From IMG/VR virus record IMGVR_UViG_3300037760_000304, positions 1 through 45,146 of that record: DNA of 45,146 nucleotides. One strand, given 5' to 3'. Numbering within the stretch: position 1 is the first letter of the stretch; every line of letters starts with the position of its first letter. Of the stretch, positions 1-6,442 are shown piece after piece. The position numbers were made by a program, and so were the translations under genes. This DNA comes from a virus. The notes under the pieces were generated by a model, which searched no databases, was not told the origin of the DNA, and worked only from the letters and a program-made list of their open reading frames with translations.

Positions 1-127
1 CCGCGCGCGAGGAAGAGCTCGCGGCGAGCCGGGCGGAGGTTGAGTGGCTACAAGAGATGCTCGTCGAAGCGGCAACGGCGTGGAGCGCGGGCGTCTCGTT
101 CGATGGCGCGTTCACGTCCAGTTGGCG
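1..127. repeat. Left copy of exact 127-bp terminal duplication (= 45020..45146); circular-closure overlap
   Basis: Read directly: bases 1-127 are identical to 45020-45146 (offset 45019). The segment lies inside an ORF that leaves the right end and continues in frame at the left end. Confidence 0.95.
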
Positions 128-218
128 CGAGAGCGTGAAGAAGGTCATGGCGAGGTACTACACGCGGCGCGAGGGCATTCTCGCCGCCCTCACCCCGGAG
201 GCCCCCGATGCCGACTGA
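3..218 (+). CDS. 3' part of wrap-around hypothetical coiled-coil protein (continues from 44704..45146; about 177 aa once one repeat copy is removed)
   Basis: The frame opened by GTG 44704 has no stop to 45146. Position 3 is the same codon phase (45022 = position 3) and the frame ends at TGA 216-218. High GC3. Confidence 0.6.
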   Translation, partial: AREEELAASRAEVEWLQEMLVEAATAWSAGVSFDGAFTSSWRESVKKVMARYYTRREGILAALTPEAPDAD

Positions 219-612
219 GCACAGAGAGATGACCGCCGACGAATGCCGAGCGATCCTCGATCGCTTCGCCAACTGGAACCACAGCCAGCGCGGCGGGTCG
301 AACTGGAGCGGTGTGCGCGACGCCGAGGACGACATCCTCGACGAACGCCGCGCGCTGATCTTGGCTGCGACGAAGCGGTTGCGAAGGTTGGCCGAGCCGC
401 GCTTCGACCTTGCCCAGGACGCGACAGACCGAATCATCGCCCTGGAGACGACCGTGATGCTGCTCAAGGCCGATGTCGCATCCGCATGGAAGGTTGCTGG
501 TCACGCGCAGTCGCTGGCCATGCGTGTCGAGGACGCAGCGAAGGCGAAGGCTCAACGCCGCCCGTTCAGTCTGCTTCGCTTTCTTGGACTGGAGGCCCCC
601 GATGCTCCCTAG
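208..612 (+). CDS. Hypothetical protein (134 aa)
   Basis: Track ORF. GGAGG at 197-201 lies upstream of ATG 208. The start overlaps the upstream stop by 11 nt (ATGCCGACTGA). Composition is protein-like, unlike the shadow frames. Confidence 0.6.
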   Translation: MPTEHREMTADECRAILDRFANWNHSQRGGSNWSGVRDAEDDILDERRALILAATKRLRRLAEPRFDLAQDATDRIIALETTVMLLKADVASAWKVAGHAQSLAMRVEDAAKAKAQRRPFSLLRFLGLEAPDAP

Positions 613-964
613 CGACGGCTTCAAAGCCTGCGGCGTGGCGGTGGAGCGACTCGCGCCCGCGTTGGTGCTGCTGCGCGACGGGACGGGTGTACGTCCAGCC
701 GGCGACATGGAGTGCCGCCTGCTCGCCGAGGTCGAGCGGCTACGCGGGGCGCTCGATCTGATGCGCGACCTCGCGCTGAGCCGGTCAGGGTCGAGCCACG
801 GCAAGGATGGCAAGTGCGAGTACGACGACGTTGGAACTGGATCGTCCGGGATGAGCCCGAAGCCGTGCGCGAAGCATCGGCCGGGGAGAGAAGAGTGGTG
901 GTGCTGGCCGTGTCAGGTCAAGGCGAAGTACGAGCGCGCCGCGCTGCGCGAGGAGAAGCACTGA
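602..964 (+). CDS. Hypothetical Cys-containing protein (120 aa)
   Basis: In-frame ATG within track ORF 473..964. GGAGGCCCCCGATG context (591-604) matches that at 197-210. 11-nt overlap with the upstream TAG. C-terminus reads PCAKH...WWCWPC...ALREEKH. Confidence 0.5.
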   Translation: MLPSDGFKACGVAVERLAPALVLLRDGTGVRPAGDMECRLLAEVERLRGALDLMRDLALSRSGSSHGKDGKCEYDDVGTGSSGMSPKPCAKHRPGREEWWCWPCQVKAKYERAALREEKH

Positions 965-1224
965 TGCCGACTGAGACGACGTTCGCGCCGACCATCCGCA
1001 AGAACGGGCGCACGCTGTATCTGCTGCGCGTGGAGGACTACTCGCCCGCGTGCAAGCATCCTGGATGCAGCGAGCGTGCTTCGGTCTACCGAGGTCGGGG
1101 CAAGAACAGCAAGGCGCTGTGCCGCCAGCATGCGTGGCACAACGACTACTACCGCCTGCGCGCTCTTGCGTTCCCGGGAGGCGGCAAGAGAGCGGTCTAC
1201 GCGCTGCGCGAGGAGAAGCAATGA
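964..1224 (+). CDS. Small zinc-binding-type protein (86 aa; CKHPGC...LCRQHAWH)
   Basis: In-frame ATG of track ORF 712..1224 with a TGATG overlap on the upstream stop. The Cys/His pattern resembles zinc fingers seen next to HNH-type phage proteins. Ends ALREEKQ like the upstream gene. Confidence 0.55.
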   Translation: MPTETTFAPTIRKNGRTLYLLRVEDYSPACKHPGCSERASVYRGRGKNSKALCRQHAWHNDYYRLRALAFPGGGKRAVYALREEKQ

Positions 1225-1316
1225 TGCCTGATATGTCCGTCTGGTGGGTGTATGCGGCCGGCGCGGTGATCGTCGTGCTCTTGATTTTCGGCGATTCAGG
1301 TAAAGGAAAGCGATGA
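1221..1316 (+). CDS. Possible 31-aa single-TM peptide
   Basis: ATGATG at 1221 overlaps stop 1222-1224. MMPDMSVWWVYAAGAVIVVLLIFGDSGKGKR has a hydrophobic core and a basic tail. Very short. Confidence 0.35.
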   Translation: MMPDMSVWWVYAAGAVIVVLLIFGDSGKGKR

Positions 1317-1813
1317 TACCGACTGACCACCTTTCCCCCGCCGAGCGCGCGTGGCTCGATCTGGCGGAGCGGGCGACGGAGGGGCCGTGCCCGTGGTGTG
1401 GCTGCACCGATTGGCGCTACGTTTGCGTCTCCTCAGAGGGGATCGTCGCGAGGCTGCTGCGAAAGGGCGCGTCCACGTACCGAGTCGCGTGCTCGCTTCC
1501 CGGTTGTGAGTCGCGTGGACCGGAGCGAGCCACGAAGAGCGAGGCCCTTGCCGCATGGCGCTTCCCTGGGAACGTGCGCGCCGCCACGGCATCCCGCGAG
1601 GCCGTCCCCGCGCTCGCCCACACGCTGCAAGCGGAGCGAGAGCGGGTCGCGGAGTTGGAGGCGCTGGTGCTGAGTGTGCCGGTAGTTAGCGGGATCGACG
1701 GCGTCCTCGTGACCGAACACTGCCCGGACGCGGAACACGGCGGCCCCTGGCTCAACGCCATCGCCGCCGAGCAAGCGCGCATCGCAGCGCGCGGGGAGCA
1801 ATCCAATGCTTGA
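1313..1813 (+). CDS. Lar-like (restriction-alleviation family) zinc-ribbon protein with C-terminal extension (166 aa)
   Basis: Track ORF with an ATGA overlap. PCPWCGC...YRVACSLPGCESRGPERATKSEALAAWRFPG resembles the Lar-family pattern CPFCG...C..CG.......eAi.aWN. Confidence 0.5.
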   Translation: MIPTDHLSPAERAWLDLAERATEGPCPWCGCTDWRYVCVSSEGIVARLLRKGASTYRVACSLPGCESRGPERATKSEALAAWRFPGNVRAATASREAVPALAHTLQAERERVAELEALVLSVPVVSGIDGVLVTEHCPDAEHGGPWLNAIAAEQARIAARGEQSNA

Positions 1814-2102
1814 ACGCTGGCTCATCCACGACGGCCACGGAAACGGACTCGTCGAGCGCGAGGACGGATCGCGCGCGTTCGTTGATCGCGAGCACCCCGA
1901 GGAACGCTGGATCCGCACGATGACGGAACAGGCAGACTTCGATTGGGACGCGCACGAGCGCGAGCTTGCCATCGAAGCTGAGCGTGAGGCCGAGCGCGAC
2001 CGCTGGGCTCGCGAGGACAACGAGTGGCCGTGGCGTCGGCGCGAGCGGCCCGCTGGGCTCATGTACGGCGTCGCGGCCGGCGACCAGGACCAAGAATGCT
2101 GA
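1806..2102 (+). CDS. Hypothetical acidic/Trp-rich protein (98 aa)
   Basis: Track ORF. 8-nt overlap with the upstream stop. Protein-like composition. Confidence 0.55.
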   Translation: MLERWLIHDGHGNGLVEREDGSRAFVDREHPEERWIRTMTEQADFDWDAHERELAIEAEREAERDRWAREDNEWPWRRRERPAGLMYGVAAGDQDQEC

Positions 2103-2179
2103 CCCCGCCTCGCGTACCATCGCGCGCGGCTCCATCACCTTGACGGGCACCGAGACCAACCCTCTCCCGAGGAACCCAC

Positions 2180-2746
2180 ATGCACAGACTCCTGATGCTC
2201 GTGTCCGCCGTCCTGCTCTCCGCGCTCGCCTTCGCCGGCGACGGCTTCCGCCCGGCCGGCGCTCAGGTCTACGAGACCAAGCCAGTCGAGGGTCCCGCTG
2301 ACACCGACCTCACACTCGATGCGGTCCCGCCCGGCATCGAGACGGTGACGATCCGCCTGCGGCTCACGCTCGACGAGACATCCTCGATCGTGCATCCGCC
2401 ATTCCCGCCCGGGTCGGGGATGGGCACATTCGTCTGGCTTGGGCGCTCGTCGGTGTCGATCTCGTTCCCGGGCACCGGCCTGCCTGTCGTGGATGCGGAC
2501 GCCGACTCTGGCATCGGCGTCGGTTGGCCGCTCGAAGAGGGCGGAGGGATCTGGAACGCGATCACGCCGGGCCTCGATGTCGAAGTGTCAGGCGTCCCCG
2601 CATGGAGCGAGGAGTTGCTCTGCAAAGTCCGCTTCGAGCTGGCACTCACCGGCATGAGCACCAACGTCACACCGTGCGAGATGTACGTCTCGCCGCTCCA
2701 GATCGCGACGGTGACAATCATCCCGGAAGGCGTCCCGCAGCCCTGA
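2180..2746 (+). CDS. Secreted protein with Sec-type signal peptide (188 aa), function unknown
   Basis: N-terminus MHRLLMLVSAVLLSALAFA/GD has a basic n-region, hydrophobic core and AxA site. Preceded by a 77-nt gap and followed by hairpin 2756-2776. Confidence 0.65.
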   Translation: MHRLLMLVSAVLLSALAFAGDGFRPAGAQVYETKPVEGPADTDLTLDAVPPGIETVTIRLRLTLDETSSIVHPPFPPGSGMGTFVWLGRSSVSISFPGTGLPVVDADADSGIGVGWPLEEGGGIWNAITPGLDVEVSGVPAWSEELLCKVRFELALTGMSTNVTPCEMYVSPLQIATVTIIPEGVPQP

Positions 2747-2755
2747 CCCACACGC

Positions 2756-2776
2756 GCGCCCGGCCTGCGCGGGCGC
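2756..2776 (+). terminator. GC hairpin (7-bp stem GCGCCCG/CGGGCGC, 7-nt loop) after the secreted-protein gene
   Basis: Read from sequence. No U-tract follows. Confidence 0.35.
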
Positions 2777-2789
2777 AACTCGAACACCG

Positions 2790-3524
2790 ATGGACCCCTA
2801 CTACACGGACTCGACGGGCGGCATCGTCATCTATCACGGGGATTGCCTCTCCGTGCTCGCGTCGCTTGAGGAGAACTCGATCGACGTGCTGATGTCGGAC
2901 CCACCGTACAGCAGCGGTGCGCGCCAGTCTGCGCAGATGCGCTCGCGTGGCTCCATGATTCGGAACGACAGCGAGTTGGGCGCGCAGCGCTGGTTTGGGA
3001 CCGACAACCTGAGCGCGCACGGCTTCGCGATGCTCATTCGGATGTTCGGCGTCGAGTCATTCCGCGTCTCGAAACGAGACGGTCACTTCTTCTCGTTCAT
3101 CGACTGGAGGCAGTGGCCGGTGATGGCGGGCTCGATCGAGTCGTCCGGCTGGTCGCTAAGAGCCTGTCTCGTGTGGGACAAGCTGAGCTTCGGAATGGGC
3201 AACGGGTTCAGGCAGCAGGCCGAGTTCATCCTGCACGCCAGCAAGGGCGTTGCCGACAACTTCCTACGGCACGACATCGGCACTGTCTTACGGGCCGCGC
3301 GCGAAGACGATGCGGAGCACCCCACGGCCAAGCCCGTTTCGCTGCTCGAAAGGCTGCTTTCGGCTGTCCCTGGCAACACGGTACTCGACCCCTTCATGGG
3401 CAGCGGCACCACGCTCCGCGCTGCGAAGGGTCTCGGCCGCCGCGCCATCGGAATTGAGATCGAAGAACGCTACTGCGAGATCGCGGCGAAGCGACTCGCC
3501 CAAGAAGTCCTGCCCTTCGCCTGA
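2790..3524 (+). CDS. DNA methyltransferase, beta-class N6/N4 family (DPPY before FxGxG)
   Basis: Motif IV SDPPYSS lies near the N-terminus. AdoMet motif I DPFMGSGTT and HPTAKPVSLLERLL lie near the C-terminus. This order is typical of the N6_N4 MTase family; DPPY favours N6-adenine. Confidence 0.9.
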   Translation: MDPYYTDSTGGIVIYHGDCLSVLASLEENSIDVLMSDPPYSSGARQSAQMRSRGSMIRNDSELGAQRWFGTDNLSAHGFAMLIRMFGVESFRVSKRDGHFFSFIDWRQWPVMAGSIESSGWSLRACLVWDKLSFGMGNGFRQQAEFILHASKGVADNFLRHDIGTVLRAAREDDAEHPTAKPVSLLERLLSAVPGNTVLDPFMGSGTTLRAAKGLGRRAIGIEIEERYCEIAAKRLAQEVLPFA

Positions 3525-3553
3525 CCCGAACACCCCGAACCTGAGCCGCCGCC

Positions 3554-5200
3554 ATGTCCGACCGCCGCAACATCGCCCGCCGCTTCGACCAGCTCCGCTC
3601 CAACCTGCGCTCGCTAGAAGACGCCGTGCTCGGCGAGCCTGAGAACCCGGTGCCGGAACCGGAGCCCGAGCCCGATCCTCGACCGGAGCCGGAACCCGAC
3701 CCGCCGGTGAGGCCGAGACCGGATCCCGAGCCCACCACCGGGTCCGCCCGCTTCCAGCTCGACGACCTTCGCGCCGTCGATCTGACGCCCGACGATCCGT
3801 GGTCCACCATCGGCGGATGGCTCCACGTTCGCGCGTGGTTCGAGCCGCGCGGCGTCACGGTCTACGCGACCAACGCCTACCCCGGCATGGGCCGCCGCCA
3901 CATCGGACGCCTGCGCGTCACGGTCGACGGCAAGGCGGCGCTCTTGGTCGAGAACAAGCCGCTGCCGCCGGGTTACGCCTACATCGCATCGACGATCCCG
4001 GCGAGCGCGGAGGCGTGGCAGGTCGATGACGATCGCTGGTTCCCGGAGTGGTCTGAGGGGCGCGTCGCGGGCGAGCTTGCATCGCACACCCAGCGCGTGC
4101 TCGATCACCCCGTCTGGTGGAGCGACCGCAACCCCGGTGCGCCCGCCGGTCACGGCGTCGCGCCCGGATGCGGAGGCGAGTGGGAATGGCTCTGCGGCCC
4201 CGCCGGGAAGGCGCTGCGCTGGCAGATGATCCTCGGCGAGTTGTGGACCAACGTTCACCGGATCGACCCCGCGACCGGCGAGCCGCTGCGCGTGCGCGAG
4301 GCGTGGTGGACAGGCAACACGGCAGCGAACCAGCTCCCGGGCTACCAGTGGACGCCCGCGACGCCCGACGAGCAAACGCTCTGGTCGCAAGGCCGAATGC
4401 ACGACGGCTATCACCGCCGCCGCGCGCTCGGGCCGTGCTCTGCGCTCGCGCGATGGAGCGAGCCCGCGAGGTTCCTCTTGCGGATGCTCTGGAACGACGT
4501 GGCGATGGAGTGGTCGATGGACCCGAAGCGCGCGCGCGACACGAACCCGCTGCTAATGCCCATGTGGCAGCGGATCGAGGAGTCGATGCCGGGCAAGAAG
4601 TACGCGGTGCCCGCATACGACCCGTGGGGGCATCGTGGGTTCGCGCACGCGGCCAACACGCTCAACGAGGTCAAACCGTACATTCCCGCCGCCGAGGCCG
4701 CCGAGTACGCCGAGGGGTTCGCCGCGCTCGCCGTGAACATCCACGACCACCACGGCATCTGCGGACGCGACGCGAGCGGCGATGCGGGACAGTGGGCGGC
4801 CCCGCCGTTCAACATGAAGCCGCCGTTCGCGATGACATTCCACGACCAGCTCGTCGGCGACGCGCTGGAGCGGCTCGGCCGCGTCTTCGGGATCGTCAAC
4901 GCGACGGAGATCGCGAAGCGCAAGCGGGCGTTCCTCACCCAAGACGTGCCGCCCTACGGGTTCGAGAGCACGCCGACCTCGAACCGGCGCGAAAACGTGT
5001 GGGCGCGCAAGCACACCGGCACTCAGGGCAACTTCGCCTACCCCGGCTACGGCGTCTTCGTGAACGGCGCGTGGATCGACGCGGACGGCTGGCGCTCGCT
5101 CGACGAACTCGACGCGCTGGCGCGGAACGATTCGCTCACGGGGCTTCCGAGGTACGAGTGCGTGCCGCCGAAGTTGCGGCCGGGAGGGGGAGTGCGATGA
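3554..5200 (+). CDS. Large orphan protein (548 aa): short N-terminal helix, PE/PEP linker, Trp/His-rich globular body
   Basis: Track ORF. Linker reads PEPEPEPDPRPEPEPDPPVRPRPDPEP. I recognise no catalytic motif. Confidence 0.75.
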   Translation: MSDRRNIARRFDQLRSNLRSLEDAVLGEPENPVPEPEPEPDPRPEPEPDPPVRPRPDPEPTTGSARFQLDDLRAVDLTPDDPWSTIGGWLHVRAWFEPRGVTVYATNAYPGMGRRHIGRLRVTVDGKAALLVENKPLPPGYAYIASTIPASAEAWQVDDDRWFPEWSEGRVAGELASHTQRVLDHPVWWSDRNPGAPAGHGVAPGCGGEWEWLCGPAGKALRWQMILGELWTNVHRIDPATGEPLRVREAWWTGNTAANQLPGYQWTPATPDEQTLWSQGRMHDGYHRRRALGPCSALARWSEPARFLLRMLWNDVAMEWSMDPKRARDTNPLLMPMWQRIEESMPGKKYAVPAYDPWGHRGFAHAANTLNEVKPYIPAAEAAEYAEGFAALAVNIHDHHGICGRDASGDAGQWAAPPFNMKPPFAMTFHDQLVGDALERLGRVFGIVNATEIAKRKRAFLTQDVPPYGFESTPTSNRRENVWARKHTGTQGNFAYPGYGVFVNGAWIDADGWRSLDELDALARNDSLTGLPRYECVPPKLRPGGGVR

Positions 5201-5223
5201 GCGTTAGCGCGGCGGCCCTGCGC

Positions 5224-5631
5224 TCACTTCCTGTTGCGGCGAAGCGCTCCGAACGTGCCATGTCGAATCGCATCGGCCGCGTTCGCGGATCGTGTGTCCC
5301 AGCGAAGGTTTGCAACCCGATTGTCGGTCGGAACCCCGTTCCAGTGGCACGCCTCTGTGTCGTCCGGCTGAGGGCCGGTGAAGGCCAGCAGCACGAGCCG
5401 ATGCACGGCGAGTTGAGTGACCTTCCCGCCAAGGGAGAGGTTCACCTTGGGGTAGCCCTTGCTGTCGAGGATCTGTGCGAGGACTCGCCCTCCGCGCCGG
5501 CGCATGAAGCCGCGAGTCCAGTGCTCGACGCGCGGAAGCGACCGCACCCGCCCGAGATCGCTCACCTCGTAGAGCCCCTCGTACCCAACGACAGGACGCC
5601 ACCGCTCGCTACCATGTTCATCAGCCATCAT
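5224..5631 (-). CDS. HNH homing endonuclease (NUMOD4 + HNH_3 type)
   Basis: WRPVVGYEGLYEVSDLGRVRS (NUMOD4-like) and HRLVLLAF...CHWNGVPTDNRVANLRWDT (HNH_3-like). SD AAGGAGG upstream. Antisense to the surrounding plus-strand operon. Confidence 0.85.
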   Translation of the reverse strand: MMADEHGSERWRPVVGYEGLYEVSDLGRVRSLPRVEHWTRGFMRRRGGRVLAQILDSKGYPKVNLSLGGKVTQLAVHRLVLLAFTGPQPDDTEACHWNGVPTDNRVANLRWDTRSANAADAIRHGTFGALRRNRK

Positions 5632-5759
5632 CGCCTCCTTGGGGCGTTCGTGGTCAGCGCCGCGTCGGGGGTAGATCCCCGATGCGGCGCGTTCATTCTA
5701 CCGCGCGGGCTCAGCGAGAACCCGCTGGACTCGGTGCCGCCGAGCGCGCGGAGGTGGTA

Positions 5760-6074
5760 GTGAGCGCCGACGACGACCCGCGCCGCGCCGTGCACTCCTT
5801 CGGCGTCCACGGGTGCTGCATCAAGCACGTCGAGGCCACCAAGGCCCTCCCCGACGAGCCGAAGGAGGGCGACCGGCTCAACTGCCCGACATGCCGGCGA
5901 GACGTCGAGTGGAGCCGTGGCGCGTGGCGGTGCCCTGAGCGCCCCCACGTCTTCAAGAGCAAGAGCGAGGAGAACGCGCGCGACCGTCGCAAGTGGGAGG
6001 ACGATGCGCGCGGTCTCCACCGAATGAACGACCCCGACGATGAGGTCGAGTACCGGAGAGCGCTCGAGCGGTGA
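5760..6074 (+). CDS. Zinc-ribbon protein (about 104 aa; track ORF 5682..6074)
   Basis: GGAGG at 5750-5754 then GTG 5760. Contains CC..H...NCPTC...WRCPERPH. Ends in a GTGA overlap with the next gene. Start uncertain. Confidence 0.45.
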   Translation: MSADDDPRRAVHSFGVHGCCIKHVEATKALPDEPKEGDRLNCPTCRRDVEWSRGAWRCPERPHVFKSKSEENARDRRKWEDDARGLHRMNDPDDEVEYRRALER

Positions 6075-6442
6075 AGGGGCGGCGCACCGTGAGGCCCGAG
6101 GAGGGAATGCAGCGCTCCCTCATGGAGTGGCTCGGCCTCCAGCACCCGGCGCTCGCCGAGCTGACCATCCACGTCCCGAACGGCCGCGACGCCGGCAGCG
6201 CGAAGCTGGGTGGGCTCTGGAAGGCGATGGGGGTCAAGGCCGGCGTGCCCGATGTCCTGTGCTTCGCGCGCAGGGGCGGGCTCGCCGGCCTCGCCCTCGA
6301 GCTCAAGGTGGCGCCGAACAAGCCGAGCGCTGAGCAGCTCTGGTGGCGCGCGCGGCTCTCCTCGGAGGGCTGGGCCTCGGGCTTCGCCTACACGCTCGAC
6401 GAGGCGATGGCGGCCTTCGACCGCTACGCGCGGCTGACCTAG
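6071..6442 (+). CDS. VRR-NUC (PD-(D/E)xK) nuclease
   Basis: GVPDVLCF...GLALELKV...LSSEGW matches the VRR-NUC core D...ExK. GTG start overlaps the upstream stop. Confidence 0.8.
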   Translation: MKGRRTVRPEEGMQRSLMEWLGLQHPALAELTIHVPNGRDAGSAKLGGLWKAMGVKAGVPDVLCFARRGGLAGLALELKVAPNKPSAEQLWWRARLSSEGWASGFAYTLDEAMAAFDRYARLT

